From Myxococcota bacterium (lineage in GTDB: Bacteria > Myxococcota_A > UBA9042 > PHBI01 > JAWLBL01), in the NCBI GenBank assembly GCA_041687695.1, contig JAWLBL010000005.1, forward strand, positions 68,382-132,381: DNA of 64,000 nucleotides, read 5' to 3'. Below are positions 32,694-47,841 of the stretch, piece after piece. Position numbers and translations under genes: made by a program. The notes beneath the pieces are model-generated. The model saw only the letters and a list, made by a program, of their open reading frames with translations, did no database searches and had not been told where the DNA came from. Every line of letters starts with the position of its first letter. Position 1 is the stretch's first letter.

Positions 32694-34082
32694 TCAGTCT
32701 CGCTCGGCGAGCGAGGACTTGCGGCCGCTGACGCCCGGGATGGGGACCGGGTAGCGGCCGGTGAAGCAAGCGTCGCAGAAGCGGCGCTCGCCCCCGTCGA
32801 CGGAGCGCCGCAGGCCCTCGATGGACAGGTAGGCCAGCGAGTCGGCCGTGAGGTAGCGGGCGATCTCGTCGGTGGTGTGGCTCGAGGCGATGAGCTCGCC
32901 CTTGTTGGGCGTGTCGATGCCGTAGTAGCAGGGGTTGGTGGTCGGCGGGCACGCGATGCGCATGTGCACCTCGCGGGCGCCGGCCTCCTTGAGCATGCGG
33001 ACGATCTTGCGGCTGGTGGTTCCGCGGACGATGGAGTCGTCGACGACGACCACGACCTTGTCGCGGATGACCGCCTCGACCGGGCTGAGCTTGAGCTTGA
33101 CGCCGAAGTTGCGGATGGAGCTGGCCGGCTCGATGAAGGTGCGGCCCGCGTAGTGGCTGCGGATGAGGCCCAGCTCGTAGGGCAGCCCCGAGGCCTGCGC
33201 GTAGCCCAGCGCGGCCGCGACACCGCTGTCGGGCACCGGGATGACCACGTCGGCGTTCTCGACCGGGAACTCCTGGGCGAGGCGGCGGCCGATGGCCTTG
33301 CGGACGTCGTAGACCCCCTGGCCGAACAGCTCGCTGTCGGGGCGGGCGAAGTAGATGTGCTCGAAGACGCACTGGCGCGGCTCGACCGCGGCGTCCTGGT
33401 CCAGGCGATGGCTCTGCAGGCCGTCGGCGTCGGCGACCAGCAGCTCGCCGGGCTCGACCTCTCGGACCAGCGAGGCCTCGACCAGGCGCAGGGCGCAGGA
33501 CTCGCTGGACAAGACGTGCGCGTTCTTCAGCCGGCCGAGCACCAGCGGGCGGAAGCCGTGCGGGTCGCGGGCGGCGATGAGCTGGTGCGGCGTCATGATG
33601 AGCAGCGAGTAGGAGCCCTCGAGCCGGCGCAGCACCTTGCGGACCCGCTCGAGCATCGACGCGCCCGGCGTGCGGGCGAGCAGGTGCACGATGAGCTCGG
33701 TGTCGATGGTCGAGTGGAAGATGGCCCCGGCCGCCTCGAGCTCGGCGCGCAGGGCGTCGGTGTTGGTGAGGTTGCCGTTGTGGGCGATGGCGACCGACGC
33801 GCCGGCCAGCTCGACCGCGAAGGGCTGCGCGTTCTTGAGCACGCTGCCGCCGGTGGTCGAGTAGCGCACGTGCCCGATGGCCGAGGCGCCCGGCAGGCGG
33901 TCGAGATCCTTGGCCGCGAAGACGTCCGCGACCCGGCCCATGCGCCGGTGGCTGTACAGGGTCTCGCCATCGGTCGCGACGATGCCCGCGCTCTCCTGCC
34001 CGCGGTGCTGCAGCGCGTGCAGCCCCAGGTAGGTCAGGTGGCTCGCTTCCTCGTTACCCCAGACGCCGAAGACCCCACACAT
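32694..34082 (-). CDS. purF: Amidophosphoribosyltransferase
   Basis: [51 protein letters not shown]. Confidence 0.98.
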   Translation of the reverse strand: MCGVFGVWGNEEASHLTYLGLHALQHRGQESAGIVATDGETLYSHRRMGRVADVFAAKDLDRLPGASAIGHVRYSTTGGSVLKNAQPFAVELAGASVAIAHNGNLTNTDALRAELEAAGAIFHSTIDTELIVHLLARTPGASMLERVRKVLRRLEGSYSLLIMTPHQLIAARDPHGFRPLVLGRLKNAHVLSSESCALRLVEASLVREVEPGELLVADADGLQSHRLDQDAAVEPRQCVFEHIYFARPDSELFGQGVYDVRKAIGRRLAQEFPVENADVVIPVPDSGVAAALGYAQASGLPYELGLIRSHYAGRTFIEPASSIRNFGVKLKLSPVEAVIRDKVVVVVDDSIVRGTTSRKIVRMLKEAGAREVHMRIACPPTTNPCYYGIDTPNKGELIASSHTTDEIARYLTADSLAYLSIEGLRRSVDGGERRFCDACFTGRYPVPIPGVSGRKSSLAERD

Positions 34083-34109
34083 GCCGTCCCCCCGGTGGCC
34101 CGAGCGCCC

Positions 34110-36403
<2,294 letters not shown>

Positions 36404-36404
<1 letters not shown>

Positions 36405-37123
36405 CAGGCGCGGCCCTCCACCCAGCGGACGAGTGAGTCGAACAGCAGGCGGCCGTCGGTGTTCTGGCCCTCGTAGGCGGGGCCGCCGACGATCGCCTCG
36501 GCGCAGCGCTCGGGGTGCGGCATCATGCCGAAGACGTTGCCGCCGGCGTTGCGGATGCCCGCGATGGACTTGACCGAGCCGTTGAGGGCGGCCTCGTCGC
36601 GGACGCGGCCGTCCTCGTCGACGTAGCGGAACAGGACGTGCCCCTCGCCCTCGAGGCGGGCGAGGCCGTCGGGGTCGATGAAGTAGCAGCCCTCGCCGTG
36701 GGAGACCGGGATGGTCAGGCGCGCGCCCGGCGTGATGGCGTTGGTCAGGGCCGACTCGGTGTGCTCGACCTGCAGGAGCACGTCGCGGCAGACGAAGCGC
36801 AGGGCGCGGTTGCGCAGGAGCGCCCCCGGCAGCAGGCCGGCCTCGGTCAGGATCTGAAAGCCGTTGCAGATGCCGAAGACGAAGCCGCCGCGCGCCGCGT
36901 GGGCCTGCACCGCCTCCATGATGGGGGAAAAGCGCGCGATGGCGCCGCAGCGCAGGTAGTCGCCGTAGCTGAAGCCGCCCGGCAGGACGACCAGATCGCA
37001 GTCGGGCAGCTGCCGGTCCTTGTGCCAGACGAAGGTCGTCGGCAGCCCCATGACGTGCTTCAAGACGTGGTAGACGTCGTGGTCGCAGTTCGACCCCGGG
37101 AAGACGACGACGGCGCACTTCAT
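36404..37123 (-). CDS. purQ: Phosphoribosylformylglycinamidine synthase subunit PurQ
   Basis: [36 protein letters not shown]. Confidence 0.98.
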
Positions 37124-37125
37124 CG

Positions 37126-37386
37126 TCAGCCCTCGGTGTCCGGGACCAGCTCGAACACGTAGTCCTCGGTCACGGGGTTGGCGATGAGCTTGTCGCACAT
37201 CGCCTCGACGCGCGCCTGGGCGGCGGCGACGTCGTCGGTGTCCAGACGCAGCTCGACGTAGCGCCCGAGGCGCACGTCCGAGGCCTCGGCGAAGCCGAGG
37301 GCGTGCAGGGCGGCGTTGACCGCCGACCCCTGGGGATCGAGCACGTCCTTGCGCGGGGTCACGTGGATCCGGGCCTTGAGCGCCAT
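37126..37386 (-). CDS. purS: Phosphoribosylformylglycinamidine synthase subunit PurS
   Basis: VLDPQG.AV..AL..LGF...VRLGR...[14 protein letters not shown]. Confidence 0.96.
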   Translation of the reverse strand: MALKARIHVTPRKDVLDPQGSAVNAALHALGFAEASDVRLGRYVELRLDTDDVAAAQARVEAMCDKLIANPVTEDYVFELVPDTEG

Positions 37387-37438
37387 GGGCTCTCCTCGCG
37401 GGCGGGGGAAGGAGGGGCAAGGGTCGTCGGACGGCGCC

Positions 37439-37447
37439 CGTATAACA
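37439..37447 (-). promoter_or_regulatory. Possible extended -10 promoter element for the purSQLF operon
   Basis: Minus-strand TGTTATACG about 50 nt upstream of purS, an AT-rich island in GC-rich DNA. Confidence 0.3.
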
Positions 37448-37519
37448 GAGGCGCTCGGCGCGCTCCAGGGTCGTTTCGCTAAAGCGCTCGGCGGGCGCGG
37501 CGGCGGCGCCCGGGGCGGT

Positions 37520-38476
37520 TCAGCGGGGGGCCTCGGCGACCTCGCGCGGGGGAACCCGGCGGTGGCGCTCGTCCTTCCCCTTGGGCGCGCGATCGCGGGG
37601 GCCGTCGCGGCGGGGGCCCTGCGGGGGCTGGACGATGCGCAGCGAGAACGCGATGGCCGAGGTGCCGGGGAGCGCGCGGCCCGTGTCGTCGGCGACCGGC
37701 AGCGCGCCGTCACGGCCGGCGGGGCTCAGGCGGGCGACGCGGTCGAGGCGGCGGGCGTCCTCGTCGGTGGGCGGCGCGTCGGCGGCGGGCTCGGCCTCGA
37801 CCAGGACCAGCCAGTGGTGATCGCCGTCTTCGGGGGCTTGGGCGGGGTCGATGCGCACCGGCAGCTGGACGGCCAGCTCGAGGGCGCCGTGGGCGGACCG
37901 GGTGTGGGCGGCGGCGGCCGACAGGGCCTGCGGGGCGGCGCGGAGATCGGGCGCCTCGGCGAGGGCGGCGCCGCCGCGGGCGATGGGCGCCGGGTCGGGG
38001 GCGTCGAGGGTGGAGACCAGGACCTCGAGGGCGGCGACGTCGCGGGCGGCGATGGGGCCGATGCGTCGCTCGCCGAGCGGGACGTGGAAGCGGGCGTCGG
38101 GGCCGCCGCGGCCGAGCGCCATGGCCTGGCCGAGGGCGCCGTCGGGCGAGGTCAGGGTCCAGGTGGTCACCGAGGCGTCGGGGTGGCGGACGCGCAGGAC
38201 GACCTGGACGCGCGTGCCCTCGGCGAAGGGGGCGTAGGCGCCGCCCGTGGACAGGCGGCCGGTGAACCACAGGGGCTGCAGCAGCAGCTGGCCGCGGGGC
38301 GACACGCGCAGGGTGTCGACGGTGGTCAGGGCCCCGGTGTCGCCGGCGGCCGGCTGGGCCAGGAAGGCCTGGGTCGGGCCCAGGGTGTGCGCCGCTGTGG
38401 CGCCGCAGCCGGTCGAGCCGGCGGCGAGACCGAGGAGGGCGGCGGCGGAGACGACGGCAAGGAGCGGGCAGCGCAT
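37520..38476 (-). CDS. Hypothetical lipoprotein
   Basis: Signal peptide ending ...GSTGC; no recognised domain. Confidence 0.55.
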   Translation of the reverse strand: MRCPLLAVVSAAALLGLAAGSTGCGATAAHTLGPTQAFLAQPAAGDTGALTTVDTLRVSPRGQLLLQPLWFTGRLSTGGAYAPFAEGTRVQVVLRVRHPDASVTTWTLTSPDGALGQAMALGRGGPDARFHVPLGERRIGPIAARDVAALEVLVSTLDAPDPAPIARGGAALAEAPDLRAAPQALSAAAAHTRSAHGALELAVQLPVRIDPAQAPEDGDHHWLVLVEAEPAADAPPTDEDARRLDRVARLSPAGRDGALPVADDTGRALPGTSAIAFSLRIVQPPQGPRRDGPRDRAPKGKDERHRRVPPREVAEAPR

Positions 38477-38627
38477 GACCCGCCGATGATGCCCGAGCGG
38501 CGGCGTCGGGTCCACGGCAGCCCGGCCGACGTGCAAGGTGGCGTTGTTGCCGCGGCGCGGGCGGTCGCGGTAGTCTCTCGCAGCCGGAGCCGTCGGGGCG
38601 GACGGGACGGCGGGAGCGGCCACCCCC

Positions 38628-40445
<1,818 letters not shown>

Positions 40446-40454
40446 GGCGCGGCG

Positions 40455-41861
40455 TCAGCCGGAGGCGTGGACGCCGGTGGTGGCCCAGTCGTCGCCGCGG
40501 TAGATGGCCCAGGTCAGCGCCGTCTTGACGATGAAGCCCAGCGGGAAGCTGAGCCAGACGCCCAGGGCGCCCAGCTCGAGGCCGAAGGCCAGCAGCAGCC
40601 CCAGCGGGATCTGGACGGCGACGGTGCCGACCAGGTTGATGCGCAGGCTGGCGCGGGTGGCGCCGGCGCCTTGCAGCAGGCCGACCAGGGCGATGTGGAC
40701 GCCGAAGAGCGGCATGCTGATGCCCAGGATGCGCACCCAAAGGACCGACAGGTCGTGGACGGCGGGGCCGGCCTCGGCGGCGAAGAAGGCGACGATGGGG
40801 TCGGCGAAGGCCACGAAGAGCAGGCCGAGGCTGCTCATGACGCCGAGGCACAGGCGGAGGGCCGAGCGCGTGACCTCGCGGGCGTCGGCGACGCGGCCGG
40901 CGCCGAGGGCCTGGCCGACCAGGGCGGCGGTGGCCATGGAGACGCTGAGGCCCGGGACGAAGGCGAGGGACTGCACGCGCAGGCCGATGCCGTGGGCCGC
41001 GACGGCGAGCTCGTCGATGCGGCCGAGCATGGCGATGACGGCGAGGAAGGAGACGTTGAGGATGACCGAGTCGGCGGCGGCCGGGGCGCCGACGCGGGCG
41101 AGGGCGGCGGCGAGCGGGCGGTCGAGGGGGCGGGGGCGCAGGGGGAGCTCGACACCGGGGACGGCGCCGCGGCGCAGGAGGGCGACGATGGCGACGACGC
41201 TGACCGCGTAGGAGATGGCGGTGCCGAGGGCGGCGCCCTGGACGCCCAGGGCGGGCAGGCCGAGGTTGCCCAGGATGAGGCCGTAGTTGAGGAGGGCGTT
41301 GAGGACGTTGACGCCGAGGGCGACGATGAAGGGCAGGCGGGTGTTGCCGACGCCGCGGAGGACGGCCGCGTAGAGCAGGCCGAGGAAGTAGAAGGGCAGC
41401 GAGACCAGGATGGGGCCGAGGTAGGCCATGCTGGCGTCGAGGACCGGCCCGGAGGCGCCGAGCAGGCGCAGGAGCGGCGGGGAGAGGGCGACGCCGAGGG
41501 CGGCGACGACGACGGCCAGCACCACGGTGAGCTGGCTGGACTGCACCAGCAGGTGGTTGACGCGGCCGTGCTCGCCGGCGCCGTACGCGCGGGCGACCAG
41601 GGCGACCGTGCCGACCGTGAGGCCGATCATGGCGATCATCAGGACGAAGATGATCTGGGTGGCGAAGCCGAGCGCGGTGAGGGCGACGTTGGCGTCGGGG
41701 AGGCGGGCGCACATGAACGTGTCGACCGCGAGGGCGAGCACGTTCAGCACGTTGAGGCCGATGACCGGGAGCGACAGATCGAGCAGCCGCCGGGCGAGGG
41801 AGCGCGGCGGCGGCTCGTCGGGCGCTCCCGCGGCTGGGGCGTCGTCAGGCGGCGCGTTCAT
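40455..41861 (-). CDS. MATE family efflux transporter
   Basis: About 12 TM helices; LRGVGNTRLP, LNYGLILG.LGLPALGVQGAALGT, VGQALGAG. Confidence 0.92.
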   Translation of the reverse strand: MNAPPDDAPAAGAPDEPPPRSLARRLLDLSLPVIGLNVLNVLALAVDTFMCARLPDANVALTALGFATQIIFVLMIAMIGLTVGTVALVARAYGAGEHGRVNHLLVQSSQLTVVLAVVVAALGVALSPPLLRLLGASGPVLDASMAYLGPILVSLPFYFLGLLYAAVLRGVGNTRLPFIVALGVNVLNALLNYGLILGNLGLPALGVQGAALGTAISYAVSVVAIVALLRRGAVPGVELPLRPRPLDRPLAAALARVGAPAAADSVILNVSFLAVIAMLGRIDELAVAAHGIGLRVQSLAFVPGLSVSMATAALVGQALGAGRVADAREVTRSALRLCLGVMSSLGLLFVAFADPIVAFFAAEAGPAVHDLSVLWVRILGISMPLFGVHIALVGLLQGAGATRASLRINLVGTVAVQIPLGLLLAFGLELGALGVWLSFPLGFIVKTALTWAIYRGDDWATTGVHASG

Positions 41862-42744
41862 CCGGGCGCTGGAGCAGGGCCGTGGGATCGATGGGGGCGC
41901 GGCCGGGGCCGTCGCCGGGGCGGGCGGCGTCGGGCAGCGCGGCGACGAAGTCGATGAACCCCTTGATCCAGATGAGGTTGATGGCGTCGCACGCCTCTGG
42001 CGGGTTGCTGGTCGTGGTCTCGAGGGTGGCGACGTAGCGCACGCCGCGGCGCCAGTAGTAGTCGGTGACGCTGCCGTCGTTGGCGATGACCATGCCGAAG
42101 GGGCCGGTCGTGTGCGCCTCGTCGGCCTTGTAGTCGCGGGCGATGGAGGCGTGGGCCTCGCTGGCCGCCATCAGCGGGCGGTACGGGGCGCGGTCGCCCA
42201 TGACGTAGGCGTACACGTGCGGCTCGGGCAGGTAGCGGTCCTGGTGGATGTCCAGGGCCGCGTAGGGCAGCGGCGCGTTGCGGTCCAGCTCGTCACGGAT
42301 GGCCCGCGTCTCCTTGGGCCCGCCATGGTACAGGGCGCAGCGGTCGAAGGCCTCGCCGGGCAGCAGCTCGCCCTTCCAGGCGCCGGGGCCGACCTCGTAG
42401 CGCAGAAAGTCGTTGTTGGGCTTCTCGCCGCTGGTGTTGTACCGCGAGCCGACCTCGAACCCGGACGGGTTGATGCAGGGGTAGACCCACAGCGCGACGT
42501 CGCGCTCGGCGGCGTAGGCGACGATCTCGGGGGCGTGCTCGAGCAGCGTCAGCGGGCCGGCGGGCTCCTCGCCGTGGAAGCCGGCGGTCACTACGAGCGG
42601 CCGGCTCCCCGGCGTCGTCAGGCGCAGCAGCGGGTAGTCGCGGTCGTTCTCGCGGACCTGGGCGTGGACCCGCACGTCCGCGATGTCACCGAAGCGCATG
42701 AACCGCTCTACGTACTCGAACCAATCGTAGCGTCGCTCTGACAA
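41845..42744 (-). CDS. M14 family metallopeptidase / succinylglutamate desuccinylase-like protein
   Basis: TAGFHGEEPAGP, PCINPSGF...RYN, LDIHQD, TLET; TTG start after GGGAGG. Confidence 0.8.
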   Translation of the reverse strand: MSERRYDWFEYVERFMRFGDIADVRVHAQVRENDRDYPLLRLTTPGSRPLVVTAGFHGEEPAGPLTLLEHAPEIVAYAAERDVALWVYPCINPSGFEVGSRYNTSGEKPNNDFLRYEVGPGAWKGELLPGEAFDRCALYHGGPKETRAIRDELDRNAPLPYAALDIHQDRYLPEPHVYAYVMGDRAPYRPLMAASEAHASIARDYKADEAHTTGPFGMVIANDGSVTDYYWRRGVRYVATLETTTSNPPEACDAINLIWIKGFIDFVAALPDAARPGDGPGRAPIDPTALLQRPDERAA

Positions 42745-42770
42745 GGGCTCCCTCCCGGGCTGACCGGGCC

Positions 42771-43271
42771 TCAGAAGTCGCCCGGCGCGTCCGGCTCGAA
42801 GGCGACCGGCAGGACGCGCTCCAAGGGGCGGACGCTCTCGAAGATGGCCTCGGCCTCGGCGAAGGCCGGGGCGTCGGTGTGGGGGTCGAAGGCCGTGCAC
42901 AGCACGACGTCCGCGTCCCACGCGGTCACGACGACGAGCCAGGCGCCGCCGTCCCCCTCGAACATCGCGCGGGCCCTGTGAATGCCCCCGGCGTCGAGAT
43001 CGGCCGTGCCGTACAGATCCACCGCGAGGCCGCCGGCGGCGCCGCGGGCGCGGGCGAAGCGCTCGATGAGCGGGGCGAGGCCGTCACCCGGGCGGCCGCC
43101 GCCGGGCTGGCGCTCGAGCAGGGTCACGTGGCCGATGAGGTCGCCGTCGAAGGGGCGCAGCTCGGCGGCCTCGTCGAGCAGGACGACGCCCCAGCGCGAG
43201 GGGATGTCGATGGTGAAGCGCTGGGCCCACGACCAGGTCTCGGTCGCGGGCAGCGAGGCGGTGGTGTTCAT
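42771..43271 (-). CDS. Hypothetical protein
   Basis: Fills the gap in a co-oriented gene run; GC3-biased codons. Confidence 0.55.
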   Translation of the reverse strand: MNTTASLPATETWSWAQRFTIDIPSRWGVVLLDEAAELRPFDGDLIGHVTLLERQPGGGRPGDGLAPLIERFARARGAAGGLAVDLYGTADLDAGGIHRARAMFEGDGGAWLVVVTAWDADVVLCTAFDPHTDAPAFAEAEAIFESVRPLERVLPVAFEPDAPGDF

Positions 43272-43294
43272 GGCGGAGCTCGGGTCGGGGAAAG

Positions 43295-45574
43295 CTATGG
43301 ACAACCGGGCAGGGCGGCGATCCATTCTCGGACGAGGGCGAGGCCCTGGGGGTCGGGGAGGAGGACGCCGACGGGCGGCATCCGGAAGGCGGGGTCGGTC
43401 GAGGCGATGCGCAGGGCGAGCAGGCTCGCGTCGGGGGCGCCGGGCGAGAGCAGACGCGCGCCCGGGACGCCCAGGTCGCCGCCCGAGGGGGCGACGTCGC
43501 ACAGGCCGGCGTCGGCGAGCGGGGTCGCGGCGCGCAGATCGAAGGTCGCGTTGGCCAGGCCGCCGGGGCGGTGGCAGTGGGCGCAGTTGGCGTCGAGCCA
43601 GGCGCGGGCGCGGTCGGCGAGCGGGGCGGAGGCGTCGTCGGGGGCGGGCCAGCGCGGGGCGGCGTCGAGGTCGTCGGGCGCTCCGGTCAGGTACCCGAGG
43701 CGCTGCAGGGAGGCAAGCTGCGGGACGTCGACGCCGAGGCCGAAGACGTCGTGGGCGCGGTGGAGCTGGGCGGCGGTGAGGCCGAGGGCGCGGCTGCCGT
43801 CGCCGGCGGCGCCGGGGTCGGTGTGGGCGGTGTGGCAGGTCAGGCACTCGCCGCGGCTGGGGAAGGTCCACTTCGTGGGACCGCCGTGGACGTCGGTGGT
43901 GGCGCCGGTGGTCATCAGCTCGGCGTCGGTGCCCTGCGCGTTCCAGCGGTAGGTGGCGCCGCGCCAGGCGTCGCCCGCGCGGACCAGGAAGCGGGTCTCG
44001 AGGGGGTGGCCGTCGCGGACGAAGCTCTTGATGAGGATGGTGCCGTCGGGGAGCCCCAGCGGGCCCGCGTCGGCCCAGGCGAGGGTGCCGTCCTGGGGCA
44101 GGACCAGGCCGCGCTCCTTGGCGGCGTCGTCGGACCACAGCGGGACGTTGACGTCGTAGGCCAGGATGCCGTCCGCCAGCCGGCGGGTGGGCAGGTCGTC
44201 GAAGCAGCCGGTGTCGGACAGGCGCGCGGGCCAGCCGGCGGGGGCGGGGGCGTCGGGGTCGGCCGGGACAAGGCGGTGGAAGCGGCCGAGGGTCCAGTCC
44301 AGGACGATGAGCTCGCCCGCGGCGTCGGCGCCGATGTGGCTGATCTGGGCCGAGGTCTGGGCCAGGGTCGTGCGGGTGAAGGCGCCGTCGGCGCCCGGGG
44401 TCAGGCCCCAGACGGAGCCGAAGACGAAGTCGGCGAAGACGTAGGTGCCGTACAGCGAGGGGATGGCGCTGCCGCGGTAGACGCGCCCGCCGGTCACCGA
44501 CTTGCCCTCGGCGTGCTCGTACTCGGCGACGGGCAGGGTCAGCCCGGACTTGTCGCAGGCGTCGCCCGTCGGGTAGCAGCGGGTGCCCTCCATCGTGTTC
44601 CAGCCGTAGTTGCGGCCGCGCTCGATGAGGTTCACCTCCTCGACCTTGCTCTGGCCGACGTCGGCGCTCCAGAGGGCGCCGTCGACCGGGTCGAAGGCGA
44701 AGCCCCAGGGGTTGCGCAGCCCCCAGGCCCAGATCTCGGGGCGGGCGCCCGGCTGGTCGACGAACGGGTTGTCGGGCGGCACGGCGTAGCCGACGTCGTC
44801 GCCGGGCGCGTCGACGTCCAGGCGCAGGAAGGCGCCCAGCAGCGTGCCCAGGTTCTGGCCGTGGCCCAGCGGGTCGCCGCCGGAGCCGCCGTCACCCATG
44901 CCGACGTACAGGTAGCCGTCGGGGCCGAAGGCCAGGCCGCCGCCGTTGTGGTTGCCGTAGGGCTGGTCGACGGTGATGACGACGGCCTCGCTGGCCGGGT
45001 CGGGCGCGCCGAAGGGCGGGTCGGGCACGGTGAAGCGGCTGACGACGGTCTGGAGCTGGCCCTCGACGGAGCGGGTGTAGTTGACGAAGAGCCGGCCGTT
45101 GGTCGCGAACTGAGGGTGGAAGGCCAGCGACAACAGGCCCGCTTCGTTGGGGCCGGCCTCGATCCGCTGCGACAGGTCCAGCCAGAGCGTCGCGCCGCCG
45201 TCCTCGGTGACCGCGTCGGCGACCAGGACCCGGCCGCCCTGCCCCACCAGCGCCACGCGCTCGCCGGCGCCCGGGACGGGGGTCAGCTGCACCGGCTTGG
45301 CCAGGGTGACGCCCGAGAGCACGCGCTGCAGCGCCAGCGGCGGCGGCGGCGGCGACTCGCCGGCGAGGCGGCAGGTCGTGTTGTAGGTGCGCTCGAGGCC
45401 GGCCAGCGGGTCGGCGTCGGATCCGACCGCGTCACTGGCGCCGCCAGCCTCCAGCTTGGCGTCCGCCTGCGGCGTGACGTCCAGAGGGACCGCCCCGTCG
45501 CCGCCGGGCGAAGAGCAGGCGGCCAGCAGGCCGAGGGCGACGGCGGTGAGCGCGCCGAGCGCGGGGCCGCGCAT
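43295..45574 (-). CDS. Lipoprotein: PQQ-dependent glucose/sorbosone dehydrogenase domain plus c-type cytochrome region
   Basis: Lipobox LAAC; GLLSLAFHP, NHNGG.LAFGPDGYLY, GLRNPW; two CxxCH motifs (CLTCH, CAHCH). Confidence 0.87.
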   Translation of the reverse strand: MRGPALGALTAVALGLLAACSSPGGDGAVPLDVTPQADAKLEAGGASDAVGSDADPLAGLERTYNTTCRLAGESPPPPPLALQRVLSGVTLAKPVQLTPVPGAGERVALVGQGGRVLVADAVTEDGGATLWLDLSQRIEAGPNEAGLLSLAFHPQFATNGRLFVNYTRSVEGQLQTVVSRFTVPDPPFGAPDPASEAVVITVDQPYGNHNGGGLAFGPDGYLYVGMGDGGSGGDPLGHGQNLGTLLGAFLRLDVDAPGDDVGYAVPPDNPFVDQPGARPEIWAWGLRNPWGFAFDPVDGALWSADVGQSKVEEVNLIERGRNYGWNTMEGTRCYPTGDACDKSGLTLPVAEYEHAEGKSVTGGRVYRGSAIPSLYGTYVFADFVFGSVWGLTPGADGAFTRTTLAQTSAQISHIGADAAGELIVLDWTLGRFHRLVPADPDAPAPAGWPARLSDTGCFDDLPTRRLADGILAYDVNVPLWSDDAAKERGLVLPQDGTLAWADAGPLGLPDGTILIKSFVRDGHPLETRFLVRAGDAWRGATYRWNAQGTDAELMTTGATTDVHGGPTKWTFPSRGECLTCHTAHTDPGAAGDGSRALGLTAAQLHRAHDVFGLGVDVPQLASLQRLGYLTGAPDDLDAAPRWPAPDDASAPLADRARAWLDANCAHCHRPGGLANATFDLRAATPLADAGLCDVAPSGGDLGVPGARLLSPGAPDASLLALRIASTDPAFRMPPVGVLLPDPQGLALVREWIAALPGCP

Positions 45575-45583
45575 GGACGCCTC

Positions 45584-47635
45584 CTAGAGGGTGAAGGGCT
45601 CGCTGGTGAGGGTATAGGCCTCGGGGCGCTGGCCCTCGACGACGAAGCGGAAGGTGCCGGTCGGCTGCCCGCCCAGCGGCGGCACCGAGAACAGGGCCGG
45701 CAGGCGCGCCGTGTAGGTGAAGGTGCGCGGCTCGGCCTTGAACCCGCCGTACTTCGGGTCGACCGACAGGGTGACGTCGATCTCGGGGCCGTCGCTGGTC
45801 AGGCGCGCCCCGTTGTCGCGCAGGACGGGCTGCCAGTCGCCGTCAACCTCTTGCTCGAGGGCGACGACCGCAGGGTCGACCGCCGGATCGCCGCCGACCC
45901 AGCGCACGACCCGCAGCCCGCCGTCCGAGGTCGGCTGCTCGGTGATGGCCGGCTCGCCCAGCGCCTGCTCGGTCACCCAGTCGGTGTGCTTGGCGGGGCC
46001 GGTCCAGTGGCTCTCGAGGACCGGGAAGTCGTAGGTGGCCGAGGGGTCGAGGACGCGCTCGGCCACCGCCACGCCGCGCGCGACGAGGTAGTCCATGAAG
46101 CCGGGGCCGAAGATCATCGAGGCCGCCTCGTAGCCGCCGAACCAGAAGTCGTCCGGGTGGACGATGTAGGCCAGGTAGCCCTGCGCGTAGCCCAGGATGA
46201 AGACGTCGTCGAAGCCGGTGGCGGCCTGGACGGCGTCGCGCAGGCCGGTGCCGACCTGGGTCGTGGGCTCGCCGGGGATGGTGACCAGCATCAGGTCGCC
46301 GATGCGCGCGGCGCTGACGAGGGCGCGGTCGACGGCGCCGTCCTCGGGCAGGCCCAGGCAGTTGATGCTGGTGAAGGGCTCGGCGTCGGGGCCGCAGCGG
46401 CCGTCGCTGGAGACGCAGTAGATGCCGCCGTAGGGGTACTCGTCGAAGACGCCGTCGGGGTTGGCCAGGGTGCCCGACAGCTCGGCGTGGACGGTGACGA
46501 CGCCGAGGTCCGGCTGGTCGCTCATCGGGAAGTCGTCCAGCGCGGGCGCGACGGCGTCGCCTGCGGCGGCGGCCAGCGCGTCGAGGCGGATGTAGTCGCC
46601 CTCGGGCTCGGTGCCCTGCTCGGTCGCGTAGGTCTCGCGCGTGTCGCTCGGGGACATGTCGCCGGCCCAGCTCTGGAAGTACATGACCGGCACGCCGGCG
46701 GGCAGGCGGGCCTCGATGCCGGTCTCGACGGCGCCCGGGGCGTCCGAGCTGAGCGTGTAGGCGCTGGCGCCGACGATGGTGCCGTGCATCGCGTAGTTCA
46801 CGACCAGGGCCAGCAGGTCGCCGTCGACCGACTCGACCTTGATGAGCCCCATGGTGTCGTCCTGGATGGGGCCGTTCTCGCAGCGGCGGTCGCTGTGCAG
46901 CGTGGCGACCTGGATCGCCTTGTGACCGACGCGGGCGGGGACGCTGTTGGCGTCGGCTTCGACGACCGCCTCGACCACGGCGTCGCTGATGCGCTTGAAC
47001 ATCTCGGGCGAGAACGTGTCGGCGGCGATGTTGCCAATGAAGTGATCGATGAAGCGGCCCGGGCCCGAGTGGGTGTGGGTGGCCGAGAGGACGACGCCCT
47101 CGGCCAGATCGGGGCGGCCCAGGGCGACGAGCCGCGCGCGGACGTCTTCGACCGTGTTCATCCAGATGCCGACGAGATCGAGGCGCGCGAGGACGACCGC
47201 CTTGCCGGCCCGGCGCAGGACCAGCGCCTTGACGGTGAGATCGGTGTGCTTGCGGTTGGTCGCCGGGAAGGCGTCGGCGAAGCGGCTGGACGGGGCGTTC
47301 GCGCCGAAGCTGGGGCCGAAGCCGGCCGTGGGCGCGCCGATCGGGGCGCGCAGCGAGCGGACGGCGGCGCCCGCGAAGAGCGTGTCGGTCACCGGCGGGA
47401 TGTCCCCGGTGGCGACGTCGGCGGCGTCGGGCGCGGCGTCGGGCGCCGGGCCCTCGTCGGGGGTCGCGTCGGGCTCGGCGTCGGACTCTTTGACGTCGGT
47501 CGCGGCGTCGCTGGTCGCGTCGGCGGTGGACTCGGGATCGTCGCCGCACGCGCCGAGGGCCGCGGCGAGGAGGAGCGCGCCAGCGGCGGCCGAGAGGAGG
47601 AGCGAGGGGGGGAGGCGGCGGTGTGCGGTCTTCAT
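45584..47635 (-). CDS. Neutral/alkaline non-lysosomal ceramidase family lipoprotein
   Basis: Lipobox LGAC; SATHTHSGPG, NYAMHGT, GDMSP, TIPGEPT, GYAQGYLAYI, GGYEA. Confidence 0.82.
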   Translation of the reverse strand: MKTAHRRLPPSLLLSAAAGALLLAAALGACGDDPESTADATSDAATDVKESDAEPDATPDEGPAPDAAPDAADVATGDIPPVTDTLFAGAAVRSLRAPIGAPTAGFGPSFGANAPSSRFADAFPATNRKHTDLTVKALVLRRAGKAVVLARLDLVGIWMNTVEDVRARLVALGRPDLAEGVVLSATHTHSGPGRFIDHFIGNIAADTFSPEMFKRISDAVVEAVVEADANSVPARVGHKAIQVATLHSDRRCENGPIQDDTMGLIKVESVDGDLLALVVNYAMHGTIVGASAYTLSSDAPGAVETGIEARLPAGVPVMYFQSWAGDMSPSDTRETYATEQGTEPEGDYIRLDALAAAAGDAVAPALDDFPMSDQPDLGVVTVHAELSGTLANPDGVFDEYPYGGIYCVSSDGRCGPDAEPFTSINCLGLPEDGAVDRALVSAARIGDLMLVTIPGEPTTQVGTGLRDAVQAATGFDDVFILGYAQGYLAYIVHPDDFWFGGYEAASMIFGPGFMDYLVARGVAVAERVLDPSATYDFPVLESHWTGPAKHTDWVTEQALGEPAITEQPTSDGGLRVVRWVGGDPAVDPAVVALEQEVDGDWQPVLRDNGARLTSDGPEIDVTLSVDPKYGGFKAEPRTFTYTARLPALFSVPPLGGQPTGTFRFVVEGQRPEAYTLTSEPFTL

Positions 47636-47841
47636 GGCGCGGAACTTTGGCCCGCGGAGCCCCGCCGACGCAAGGACGACCCGCGCGTGGCGGGCGCTTC
47701 GGCGGCTCGACGAGGCTCCCGCGGCGCGGCACGCGAGGGCCGGTGAGCCGATGTTCACCCGCCGAGGCGTTGACCTGGGGACCTCCTGCGGCTTGAATGG
47801 GCGCCCCTCAGACCCCCTAGAGACCGACCGAGGAGCCCCGA

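Noticed and set aside
43571..47746. 1391 aa + strand ORF (and similar ones such as 17647-20895 and 32877-35624)
   Set aside because: Antisense to well-supported genes; no motifs; expected in DNA of this GC content.
47770..47798. Sigma70 promoter TTGACC-17-TTGAAT upstream of 47842
   Set aside because: Good -35 but the -10 lacks the conserved A; too weak to call.
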